Origin: Methylophaga frappieri
Lineage (GTDB): Bacteria; Pseudomonadota; Gammaproteobacteria; Nitrosococcales; Methylophagaceae
DNA length: 32,000 nucleotides
Direction: 5' to 3'
Assembly: GCF_000260965.1 (NCBI RefSeq)
Contig: NC_017856.1
Coordinates: forward strand, 210,001 to 242,000
Below the pieces are notes generated by a model. That model was not told where the DNA came from. It did no database searches and saw only the letters and a program-made list of their open reading frames with translations. Below are positions 18,939-27,674 of the stretch, piece by piece (within the stretch, counting starts at the first letter, position 1; each line of letters opens with the position of its first letter). The position numbers and the translations under genes are program-made.

Positions 18939-20075
18939 ATGGAAAAACTAGTCACACTTTGGAACGCAACCGGCATCCATCAGCTAGAAGCTGGTCAAGC
19001 CGTTATGATTTTAATCGGCATGCTGTTGCTTTATCTCGCTATCAAGAAAAACTTTGAACCCTTGTTGTTGGTTCCGATTGGTTTTGGTGGCGTATTGGCA
19101 AACATTCCGGGTGCCGGCCTGGCGGAAGCCGGCGGTATTTTGCATATTTTTTATACTGTTGGTATTGAAAGCGGTGCCTTTCCCTTAATCATTTTTATGG
19201 GTGTTGGCGCCATGACCGACTTCGGTCCGTTACTTGCCAATCCGAAAACCTTGTTTTTAGGCGCGGCAGCCCAGTTTGGTATTTTTGCTACCTTAATGGG
19301 CGCTGTCTTGCTTTCTGCGATGGGGGTTTTCGACTTTAGCCTTGCGGATGCTGCTGCTATCGGCATTATTGGTGGTGCCGATGGGCCAACCTCAATTTAT
19401 GTTGCCAGTAAACTGGCACCTGAATTATTGGGTGCGATTGCTGTTGCTTCCTATTCTTACATGGCACTCGTGCCACTGATTCAGCCGCCAATCATGCGTG
19501 CATTGACGACAGAAAATGAGCGAAAAATCCGTATGCATCAGCAGCGTGAAGTCTCTCAACGTGAAAAAATCGTCTTCCCGCTAGTATTACTGATTCTGGT
19601 CGCCTTCTTGTTACCTGATGCTGCACCGCTGCTGGGTATGTTCTGCTTCGGTAATTTGATGAAAGAATGTGCCGTGGTCGATCGTTTAAGTAACACCACA
19701 CAAAACTCTTTGATCAACACGGTAACCATTTTCTTGGGACTTGCTGTAGGCTCTAAGCTCAGCGCAGAGTCTTTCTTGAACCCAACAACATTGGGTATTT
19801 TGATTCTGGGTATGGCGGCATTTTCAATTGGTACCGCTTCCGGCGTCATTATGGCGAAACTGCTTAACAAAGTGACCAAAGAGCCAATCAATCCACTTAT
19901 TGGCTCGGCCGGTGTATCAGCGGTGCCAATGGCTGCCCGTGTCTCCAATAAATTGGGGCTGGAATCCGATAAACATAACTTCCTGCTGATGCATGCAATG
20001 GGACCAAATGTCGCCGGGGTAATTGGTTCTGCCGTGGCAGCGGGTATCCTGATTAACTTTGCTTCAGGTTTCTAA
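18939..20075 (+). CDS. oadB: Oxaloacetate decarboxylase beta subunit (Na+-translocating membrane subunit)
   Basis: 378 aa, polytopic, with the OadB/GcdB/MmdB family pattern ([24 protein letters not shown]). Confidence 0.95.
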   Translation: MEKLVTLWNATGIHQLEAGQAVMILIGMLLLYLAIKKNFEPLLLVPIGFGGVLANIPGAGLAEAGGILHIFYTVGIESGAFPLIIFMGVGAMTDFGPLLANPKTLFLGAAAQFGIFATLMGAVLLSAMGVFDFSLADAAAIGIIGGADGPTSIYVASKLAPELLGAIAVASYSYMALVPLIQPPIMRALTTENERKIRMHQQREVSQREKIVFPLVLLILVAFLLPDAAPLLGMFCFGNLMKECAVVDRLSNTTQNSLINTVTIFLGLAVGSKLSAESFLNPTTLGILILGMAAFSIGTASGVIMAKLLNKVTKEPINPLIGSAGVSAVPMAARVSNKLGLESDKHNFLLMHAMGPNVAGVIGSAVAAGILINFASGF

Positions 20076-20081
20076 TCCGTT

Positions 20082-20390
20082 TTAGTGAGTAGCATTCTCT
20101 TCAATGTGCGCTTCAGCGAGTCGGTTACCCCGGCCATGAAGCGCACAATGGAAGCCTGAAAAAGAGGTTCTTGACACAAGCTGCCAATGCCAGTGATGGT
20201 TGTCTTCCTGAGGGATTATCTGACGATTGTATAAAAAGGAATCCGTTAAGACTGAGACTTCATCTTGCGTCATGCCGGTTGTCAATGCCTCACAACGCTG
20301 TGTTATCTGATCGGTCTCCCACCAGTACGCTACCGGATAAAGTAAAGCGCTAATAATCAGCAACTGCATGACATTTACAATCAATTTCAT
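20082..20390 (-). CDS. Hypothetical membrane-anchored protein (orphan)
   Basis: A 102-aa ORF with an N-terminal hydrophobic helix. I do not recognise any family. It fills the gap between oadB and ybcJ. Confidence 0.5.
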   Translation of the reverse strand: MKLIVNVMQLLIISALLYPVAYWWETDQITQRCEALTTGMTQDEVSVLTDSFLYNRQIIPQEDNHHWHWQLVSRTSFSGFHCALHGRGNRLAEAHIEENATH

Positions 20391-20478
20391 GTGCGTTTTC
20401 CGAAAATAAAAGGGGATTATGCGCTGATTAAATTTATTTACAAATTCAATCCCTATCTTGACTGACTGAGTACGAAAA

Positions 20479-20703
20479 ATGGCATTAGAAAAAATAACGG
20501 TTCATATCCACAGTAGCCCGGTCGAACTCTACAAAGTCTTAAAATTTGAGGGGCTCGTCAGCAGTGGTGCAGAAGCCAAATTAGTCATCAGTGATGGCCA
20601 AGTGACCGTTAATGGTACGACCGAAACCCGAAAACGTCGCAAATTGGTTGCGGGGGATCAAATTCAGTTTGCCGAATATCTACTCACTCTGATAATGGAT
20701 TAA
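20479..20703 (+). CDS. ybcJ: S4-domain RNA-binding protein (YbcJ family)
   Basis: 74 aa. The pattern LYKVLKFEGLVSSGAEAKLVISDGQVTVNGTTETRKRRKL..GD is typical of YbcJ. Confidence 0.8.
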   Translation: MALEKITVHIHSSPVELYKVLKFEGLVSSGAEAKLVISDGQVTVNGTTETRKRRKLVAGDQIQFAEYLLTLIMD

Positions 20704-20714
20704 TCTCGTACCGC

Positions 20715-21359
20715 TTAACCAGCCTGGCGAAACGTCAGATTGATTCGTTTTCTGCCCAATAATGGATGATGGCCGTCTTTCAGGGGCAATACCCCATGAA
20801 AATTCAACCTTTTCGCTCCCCCCCAAACCAGCACATCCCCATGTGATAACAGAATTTGCTGTTTTGCATCATTACGTGCCGTACCGCCAAATTGAAATTT
20901 GGCCGGCAAGCCAAGGGAAACCGAGACAATCGGTTGCGTAAAATCCTGCTCATCTCGATCTTGATGCAGCCCCATTTTATCCCCCGGCTGATAAACATTG
21001 ATTAAACACACATCTGGGATAAATTGACGATATCCTGCCAGCGCAGCGGCTGATTTCGCCAACAACTTGAACGACGCTGGCAGACTTGGCCAGAGTTTAC
21101 CGGTTAGCGGATCTTCTCTGGTATAGCGGTATCCCGATTTATCTGTTATCCAGCCAAGATCACCACAATTTGTCATTTGTGCTGACATCCAACGTCCACC
21201 GGGGGTTTGCATGCGCCTTGGTGGCGATTGATTCATGATGTTTTGCAATGTCGACACCAGCTTATGATCCTGAGCCTCAATTAATGCGTATGCCTTCAAC
21301 ATCATGAGCCCCTCTTCTAATGTAATTTGTTGGCAAGTCTGATCAAATAAATCTTTCAC
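20715..21359 (-). CDS. alkB: Alpha-ketoglutarate/Fe(II)-dependent DNA dealkylation dioxygenase AlkB
   Basis: 214 aa and colinear with E. coli AlkB (MTNCGDLGW, INVYQPGDKMGLHQDRDE, PIVSVSLGLPAKFQFGG, WGG..RL.FHG, NLTFRQAG). It uses a GTG start. Confidence 0.93.
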   Translation of the reverse strand: MKDLFDQTCQQITLEEGLMMLKAYALIEAQDHKLVSTLQNIMNQSPPRRMQTPGGRWMSAQMTNCGDLGWITDKSGYRYTREDPLTGKLWPSLPASFKLLAKSAAALAGYRQFIPDVCLINVYQPGDKMGLHQDRDEQDFTQPIVSVSLGLPAKFQFGGTARNDAKQQILLSHGDVLVWGGAKRLNFHGVLPLKDGHHPLLGRKRINLTFRQAG

Positions 21360-21363
21360 TGGC

Positions 21364-21876
21364 TCAATTTAAGGCTTCGCGTTTTTGTAATATTTTTTTG
21401 TTGTCAGCACCCCAGTGATAACCCGTATTTTTTCCTGATTTATGGCGTACTCGGTGACAAGGAACTAGCACTGCAATTGGATTTTTTGCACACGCATTGG
21501 CAACGGCGCGAAACGCCATTGGCTGACCAATTTGGCTCGCAATGTCGCTATAACTGGTCAGTATTCCTGCTGGAATCGTCAGTAACACTTGCCATACTTG
21601 TCTTTGAAATGCCGTCCCCTGCATATCCAATTGCAGATTGAGCGGCATAGCTGGGCTTTCAATATGGGCAATTGCTTGTTGCAAAATGTGTGTCATTGGT
21701 GGCGTATTATCGAGGCACAGATCCACCGATGGAAAACGGCAATGCAGATCCGCGACCAATTTTTTTACGGAGGCACTGAAAAAAAGAGCGCACACCCCTT
21801 TGTCGCTGACAGCAACCAATACGGGGCCTAAAGAGCTTAGTCCCGTGCTGTAACGAATTGTTTTTTTGTCCTTCAT
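21364..21876 (-). CDS. ogt: Methylated-DNA--protein-cysteine methyltransferase (Ogt / Ada C-terminal-domain type, no Ada N-terminal regulatory domain)
   Basis: 170 aa with the active site PCHRV, the preceding helix-turn-wing SYSDIASQIG and RAVANACAKNP. It lies 4 nt upstream of alkB. Confidence 0.9.
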   Translation of the reverse strand: MKDKKTIRYSTGLSSLGPVLVAVSDKGVCALFFSASVKKLVADLHCRFPSVDLCLDNTPPMTHILQQAIAHIESPAMPLNLQLDMQGTAFQRQVWQVLLTIPAGILTSYSDIASQIGQPMAFRAVANACAKNPIAVLVPCHRVRHKSGKNTGYHWGADNKKILQKREALN

Positions 21877-21992
21877 ACCTGGAAAGTTTACGCTGGCATT
21901 CAGCTGTGGTTAAGTACTTTTATGCGATGATCTGCACAAAAATTTCATATCATTACTATTAAGCTGAAAAGAGACTTATTTTGGAAAAGAAA

Positions 21993-22406
21993 ATGCGTTA
22001 CCTCATTATCGGTTTATTAAGTTGGCCATCATTACTTTACGCGGGTGCAGTTTCACAACTTGGCGAAGGTGATCCACTAAAATTAGTGTACGTAGAAATG
22101 CAGTATTTATATCGTGCTGGTTTAGAAATAAACCAAAAGTATACGAATCAAAATGATCCCATCCAGATGATGCAATGTAAGGGGCAATATGATTTTATTC
22201 TTACTCGAGCACGTTCAATGATTGGGACGGCAGGCCAAATTAAGGAACCGCTTCTCCGTGACAAAGTCATTGACGCCAGTTGGCATGCCTATGCATGTGC
22301 AAGCTGTATGAAGCCGGTCTCAAACTGTGATCCCGTTCCAGAAAACCTTGAAATGATTAAAAATGCTATTTTAGAACAAGAAGAAGCGGAACACGCAAAC
22401 GAATAG
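21993..22406 (+). CDS. Hypothetical secreted Cys-containing protein (orphan)
   Basis: The track ORF starts at a TTG (21981). The ATG at 21993 gives MRYLIIGLLSWPSLLYAGA, which looks like a signal peptide. I do not recognise any family. Confidence 0.55.
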   Translation: MRYLIIGLLSWPSLLYAGAVSQLGEGDPLKLVYVEMQYLYRAGLEINQKYTNQNDPIQMMQCKGQYDFILTRARSMIGTAGQIKEPLLRDKVIDASWHAYACASCMKPVSNCDPVPENLEMIKNAILEQEEAEHANE

Positions 22407-23011
22407 AATTAATGCATTTTGAAGTTAGCGGCTGATCGTGAAACACGAACAAATGTCCGCGCCAATAGTCATCAAAAGTGACCTATCCCTCAACATAAAG
22501 TTTGGCTAAATGGTGCGCTAAAAGCACGTCTCAATGAAGGCCACACGTGGTCGTAACGATTTTGATCCATTTGTTAGGCACTGATTTTTCAAACTCCATG
22601 TTGGTGGCACATTCAGCTTGTAACAATCGTATCCATTTCCTTAAACATAGATAACCAAGCTTGATGGATTCTGTCCGCAAAACCCTTCCACTACTCCTCA
22701 ATTGTGTGTACGAGACGTACCGATGAGCCGACTTCGGTTGGTCTAATATAGATGTGGACTTCGTTCGTCGTGCTCTTCGTCATCATCCGTTGCCCATGTA
22801 AAGGAAGGCAAGCTGGCTAGGTCGATCAAGGATAAGCGCGCGACAGTTAAAACAGTGCTCAAATCAGTACAGCTTTTACTCAGTTTTGCTTATGCTTATG
22901 ATGGTATTGATGGGGATTACTGGCTGTCTTCGTGGACACAGCTGGAGGAATAGCCAGCCATGATAGGTAATTTCTGTTATGTATTTGATAAATCTAAAAA
23001 AAGAAAGATAA

Positions 23012-23863
23012 ATGAAAAAGATCTCTGGAATTTATAGTGGCTCTGATGTGCACTGGGTTGGAAATGGCTTCCCAGTCAAAACACTTTTTACATATAACAA
23101 CCATGGTGCAGATCTCAGCCCGTTTCTCTTGATGGACTTAGCGGGTCCTCATCAATTTTCATCAGCTGCTGAGCCACGGGGCGTAGGCAAGCACCCTCAC
23201 CGTGGTTTTCAGACCGTAACTATTGTGTTTGAGGGAGAAGTTTCACATGCAGACTCTACTGGTGAAGGCGGGACTATCGGTCCAGGAGATGTTCAATGGA
23301 TGACAGCTGGTAAAGGCATCTTGCACGAAGAGTTTCACTCAGAATCCTTCACAAAATCTGGAGGAATTATTCAAGTAGCACAACTATGGGTCAACCTGCC
23401 TGCACAGTATAAAATGACACGTCCGTCCTATCAGCCAATCAAACGTGATCAAATTCCTGTTGTTCAATTTCCAAAGAAACAAGGCCATTTACGTGTCATA
23501 GCTGGTGATTATCATGGTGTGAAAGGCCCGGCTCAAACATTTACCCCTATCAATCTATGGGATGTCTATTTAGCGGCTCATAGTGAAATCAACCTCGAGT
23601 TGCCCAATAATTGGTCAACCGGATTAGTTGTTGTAGATGGTGATGTAAACATTAATGAGGATAAGACTGCTGCTTCTACGCAAACCATCGTTTTTGAGAG
23701 GAAAGGACAGACACTTCGTGTTTCATCAATAAATGGGGCCCACTTCTTGATACTCGCTGGCGAGCCCATTGATGAGCCGGTCGTCGGCTCCGGCCCCTTT
23801 GTCATGAATCAAAAGGATGAGATTAAACAAGCGTTAGATGATTTTAAAAATAATCGGTTTTGA
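23012..23863 (+). CDS. Pirin-family bicupin protein
   Basis: 283 aa with the pirin N-terminal cupin motif HPHRGFQTVTIVFEG...H.DS.G..G.IGPGDVQWMTAG.GI.HEE. Confidence 0.9.
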   Translation: MKKISGIYSGSDVHWVGNGFPVKTLFTYNNHGADLSPFLLMDLAGPHQFSSAAEPRGVGKHPHRGFQTVTIVFEGEVSHADSTGEGGTIGPGDVQWMTAGKGILHEEFHSESFTKSGGIIQVAQLWVNLPAQYKMTRPSYQPIKRDQIPVVQFPKKQGHLRVIAGDYHGVKGPAQTFTPINLWDVYLAAHSEINLELPNNWSTGLVVVDGDVNINEDKTAASTQTIVFERKGQTLRVSSINGAHFLILAGEPIDEPVVGSGPFVMNQKDEIKQALDDFKNNRF

Positions 23864-23948
23864 CAAGCCGAATATTAACCAGCCCCCAAATTTAAGACCA
23901 TGACATTGTTGAGATTTCCAATGAACTGGGAGAGTCGGAGATCTCAAA

Positions 23949-24125
23949 ATGAAAAAACGCTACAACGAAGACAAATTAGTCGGGCTATCAAATGAAACGA
24001 AGCCGGTGCGTGGTGGAAGACATCTGCCATGAAATAGACATATTTAATAGCATCTAACAACTGGCGAGGACGCACGTACAACTGCACCTCTATGAAGTTT
24101 GTTGACCATTATAAAACTATTTAGA
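23949..24125 (+). pseudogene. Relic of an IS3-family transposase orfA (HTH region), broken by at least two frameshifts, with no orfB present
   Basis: Frame 1 reads MKKRYNEDKLVGLSNETK..., frame 2 reads VVEDICHEIDIFNSI, and frame 3 reads NNWRGRTYN. Concatenated, they resemble the conserved IS3 OrfA N-terminus (MKKRYTEEQIVGFLREAEAG..V.DICRKHGIS.ATFYNWR.KYGG). The remainder of the element is absent. Confidence 0.5.
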
Positions 24126-24160
24126 TTTCTCTTTTGTAGCGTCATAACTCACTCCTTGAC

Positions 24161-24736
24161 TCAATTAATATTAAGAAAATGAGCGTGATTTGTTGGCTCT
24201 TTTATCCAAGTATTTGCGTCAATAACACTGACCTCGTCGATACCGAGAAAAGCTAAAACATGGCGTAAATAGCCCGTCGCAAAATCCATCTCGCTTCCAA
24301 TTGGCACACCGCCAGAAGCAACTACCAACCAAGCTTTTTTAACCGTGACTAAGCCCTCTGGTCCATTCTCGGTGTAACGAAAAGTTTCTCTTGCCCGGGC
24401 AACAAGGTCTATCCACGCCTTGAGACTTGCTGGAATATTGAAGTTATAAATAGGCGCGCCAATAATCAGATAATCGGCTTCTTTCAGTTCATTAACCAAC
24501 GTATCTGACTCTTGCAAAGCCGCTATTTGCGAAGAATTTCGCTCATCAGGATCGGTAAAATTGGCATTCACCCATGCTTCGTTTACAAAGGGTAAACCCG
24601 CAGCCACATCTCGATCATTAACGACAATGTTTAGTTGTTTCTGCAACAGGTCGGTCACTTCTGCAGTCACAGCACGTGTCAAAGAATCTTGATAACGACT
24701 ACTGGAATTAACTCTTAACAATTGATTTTGTGGCAT
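24161..24736 (-). CDS. azoR: FMN-dependent NADH-azoreductase / quinone reductase (AzoR/AcpD family)
   Basis: 191 aa of flavodoxin-like fold, with the AzoR pattern SSSR...S.....DYLIIGAPIYNFNIPASLKAWID.V and GYLRHVLAFLGI. Confidence 0.88.
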   Translation of the reverse strand: MPQNQLLRVNSSSRYQDSLTRAVTAEVTDLLQKQLNIVVNDRDVAAGLPFVNEAWVNANFTDPDERNSSQIAALQESDTLVNELKEADYLIIGAPIYNFNIPASLKAWIDLVARARETFRYTENGPEGLVTVKKAWLVVASGGVPIGSEMDFATGYLRHVLAFLGIDEVSVIDANTWIKEPTNHAHFLNIN

Positions 24737-24838
24737 CTATTTACTCCTATAACTAGTTTTAATTTATTTTATCGTTTTAAAATAAACCATAAACAGGCAA
24801 ATAAAGAAATTAATGTTCACAAAATTGGAACAATAATA

Positions 24839-25747
24839 ATGCGTGCCACAATAGAAGAAATGCTGATATTTAAGCGTATCGTTGAGGCGGGAAGTCTCAG
24901 TAAAGCCGCTGAACAACTTGATATGGCAAAATCTGCCGTAAGCAGACGTTTAAAAATGCTAGAAGCACGTCTATCTGTCAATTTGCTGCAACGCACAACG
25001 CGTCGCCAAATATTGACAGAGGCAGGAGAACATTATTATCGAAATTGTATACGGCTGCTTGATGATATTGCTGAAGTAGAATCCCAAGTTTCTGGCGGTC
25101 GTTCTGAAATTAATGGCAGATTACGGATTGCCGTCCCATTATCGTTTGGTTTGGACTACTTAAGCCCAGTTCTATTAAGCTATCAGGCAGATTTCCCCAA
25201 TGTCTCTTTGGATATTGATTTTAGTGATCAACATGTCGACTTAGTGGCAGGCGGCTTTGATCTTGCTATTCGAATTGGCCAGTTGCCGGATTCTTCACTT
25301 CGTGCGCGCCGGTTGTCTTATACGCGTTTATTAATTTGTGCTAGCCCCACTTACTTGGAGGCTAAAGGCATGCCAAAAACGCCTGAAGATTTACGCAAAA
25401 ACCACGTCGCTTTACATTATTATCAACGCCATGAAAATTGGCCATTTATCGACTCGGGCAAACGTGTTGACGTGGTGGTTGATAGCATCATGCAGGCAAA
25501 TAATGGCCAGTTTCTCTGTCACGCAGCCAAATCTCATCTCGGACTGATTCGTGCCCCAGACTTTATTTGTCATAAAGCGATAAGTTCGGGTGAACTCATT
25601 AAAATACTTTCTGACTACTATATAGAGAATCACATAGGCATTTACGCTGTCACACCAGGGCATCATTACCTGCCCAAACGTTGCGAAATGCTGATTGATT
25701 ATATTCAGTCAGCATTTCGCCAGAAGACCCCTTGGTTAGAATGCTGA
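24839..25747 (+). CDS. LysR-family transcriptional regulator, divergent from azoR
   Basis: The N-terminal HTH IFKRIVEAGSLSKAAEQLDMAKSAVSRRLKMLE is followed by a LysR substrate-binding domain. I chose the start at MRATIEE (24839). The track start at 24722 would overlap the azoR start and adds AT-rich junk codons. Confidence 0.9.
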   Translation: MRATIEEMLIFKRIVEAGSLSKAAEQLDMAKSAVSRRLKMLEARLSVNLLQRTTRRQILTEAGEHYYRNCIRLLDDIAEVESQVSGGRSEINGRLRIAVPLSFGLDYLSPVLLSYQADFPNVSLDIDFSDQHVDLVAGGFDLAIRIGQLPDSSLRARRLSYTRLLICASPTYLEAKGMPKTPEDLRKNHVALHYYQRHENWPFIDSGKRVDVVVDSIMQANNGQFLCHAAKSHLGLIRAPDFICHKAISSGELIKILSDYYIENHIGIYAVTPGHHYLPKRCEMLIDYIQSAFRQKTPWLEC

Positions 25748-25806
25748 GGTTTGACAAGCTGACCGTACCAGAGTGAAATAACGTCACTAATCATAAGGTG
25801 TAAACA

Positions 25807-26463
25807 ATGAGCGATTTGTACGGCAAGCAGCATCGTAATTTGCAACATGAATTTGGACGAGAACAATTGGCAGATCGTGTTAGTGAGGCCATTGTGACTG
25901 ACATGATTACCGACGAACATAGCGCCTTTATATCGAGTCGGGATTTTTTCTTTTTATCCACTCTTGATCATCGTGGTTTTCCAACGTGCTCTCATAAAGG
26001 GGGGGAAATTGGTTTTGTTAAAGTCCTGGATGATAAAACGCTAATGTTTCCTAGCCTTGATGGTAATGGCATGTATTTATCAATGGGGAATATTGATCAA
26101 CACCAACAAGTTGGTCTGTTATTTATTGATTTTGAAACACCACACCGTGTCCGAGTGCATGGCCACGCAAAGTTAAGCCGAGATCCGGCTGATTTAGGGC
26201 ACTTTCGTGAAGCCGAATTAGTCGTGAAAGTGACCATCGCAGAGATCTTTCAAAACTGTCCACGGTATATCCATCGTTATCAGCGTGTTACCCCATCACG
26301 ATATATCCCCTCTTCGCAGTGCCCAACGCCAATCGCGACTTGGAAACGGCTAGACGTTGTGCAGGATGTTATTTCTGATGTAGAGCGCGAAAAAGTATCG
26401 CAAAGCGGAGGAGAAATCGATTTCGATACCTATGTCAAACTATTAGGCGAAGGTAAAGCCTGA
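25807..26463 (+). CDS. Pyridoxamine 5'-phosphate oxidase-like FMN-binding split-barrel protein
   Basis: 218 aa. The pattern FFFLSTLDHRGFPTCSHKGG..GFVKVLD..TLMFPSLDGNGMYLSMGN...VGLLFIDF is typical of PNPOx-related proteins. An SD AAGGTG precedes it. Confidence 0.8.
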   Translation: MSDLYGKQHRNLQHEFGREQLADRVSEAIVTDMITDEHSAFISSRDFFFLSTLDHRGFPTCSHKGGEIGFVKVLDDKTLMFPSLDGNGMYLSMGNIDQHQQVGLLFIDFETPHRVRVHGHAKLSRDPADLGHFREAELVVKVTIAEIFQNCPRYIHRYQRVTPSRYIPSSQCPTPIATWKRLDVVQDVISDVEREKVSQSGGEIDFDTYVKLLGEGKA

Positions 26464-26569
26464 AGGCTATCAACGTAAGTGATGCTAACCACACCTTTAG
26501 AGTAAGAGACGCTCCCGCTTTTACCGTCGGCGTCGGCAAAGCAATCTATTGATACAACGACGCTACGTG

Positions 26570-27544
26570 TTACTGCGGCAATATAACCATACTGACTAAA
26601 TAAGATGTATAAGCAACAAAAGCAGTTAGTAGCAACGCACCCTCAATACGATTAATTCGGCCTGGCCCCCTGAAGCCATAGGCAAAAATAAATAATATCA
26701 CCGTCAAACCTGCCATCACCGCAATATCACGAGATAAAATTTCCGGCGGTACATTTGTCGGACTGATCAGACCAGCAATTCCGACTACGGTAAGCGTGTT
26801 AAATAAATTGGAGCCAATCACATTTCCTAAAGCAATGTCGTGCTCACCTTTCTTTACCGCCATCAACGAGGAAGCTAATTCTGGTAAAGATGTGCCAACC
26901 GCGATAATCGTTAATCCGATGATCAAATCACTAACGCCAAGTGCTGTCGCTATATCAACCGCTCCCCAGACCAAAATCCGCGAGCTAACAACTAAGACAA
27001 CAATTCCGGTGATCAACCAGAAAATCGCTTTGTTCAACGGCATCGCATAATTATCCACTTCTTGCTGCATATCTACGCCCATAGCATCTGGTGAGCCTTG
27101 CATGCCTTGATAAATACTCCAGCCCATCAAAACAACAAAAACAATCATCAAAACGATGGCATCCCAGCGTGACAAATGACCATCCGCTAATTGAATAGCC
27201 GCCAATGCCGTGACTGCGAGCAATACCGGCATCTCTTTTCGCAAAACTTGAGAATTGACTGCAATAGGGCTCAATAATGCTGTCACCCCTAAAATCAAGG
27301 CAATGTTACTGATGTTAGATCCATAGGCATTACCTAATGCAATGCCAGGATTTCCCTGGAGTGACGCTAAAGCAGACACCACCATTTCAGGCGCTGATGT
27401 GCCAAACCCAACAATCACCATACCAATCAGTAACGGTGACATTCCAAAATATTTGGCTGTCACGGCAGCACCTTCAATAAATTTATCGGCACTCCAAACC
27501 AAAAAAATTAGCCCGACAATTACTGCTGTTAATGCCAAAGTCAT
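26570..27544 (-). CDS. yrbG: CaCA-family cation/Ca2+ (Na+/Ca2+) antiporter, YrbG type
   Basis: 324 aa from the chosen start MTLALTA. It has two alpha-repeat motifs (GFGTSAPE... and AVGTSLPELASS) and 10 predicted TM helices. The track start at 27634 adds 30 non-conserved residues. Confidence 0.88.
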   Translation of the reverse strand: MTLALTAVIVGLIFLVWSADKFIEGAAVTAKYFGMSPLLIGMVIVGFGTSAPEMVVSALASLQGNPGIALGNAYGSNISNIALILGVTALLSPIAVNSQVLRKEMPVLLAVTALAAIQLADGHLSRWDAIVLMIVFVVLMGWSIYQGMQGSPDAMGVDMQQEVDNYAMPLNKAIFWLITGIVVLVVSSRILVWGAVDIATALGVSDLIIGLTIIAVGTSLPELASSLMAVKKGEHDIALGNVIGSNLFNTLTVVGIAGLISPTNVPPEILSRDIAVMAGLTVILFIFAYGFRGPGRINRIEGALLLTAFVAYTSYLVSMVILPQ

Positions 27545-27674
27545 GCAAAACCGTCCAAATTTAAAGTGAAAAGAGTTAAAACGAAGTTGACTAAACGTGC
27601 AAAATGACAATAAATCCTGATCAAGCCAACTCATTCAGGTCACCACCAAGCAACCCGTTTACCGTTAATAATGA

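Noticed and set aside
24766-24783. ATTTTA-N6-TAAAAT in the azoR/LysR intergenic region as a LysR T-N11-A box
   Set aside because: It is not rejected outright, but it was not promoted to a feature. The spacer is extremely AT-rich, so such symmetry is easily produced by chance. It is mentioned only within the accessory-patch finding.
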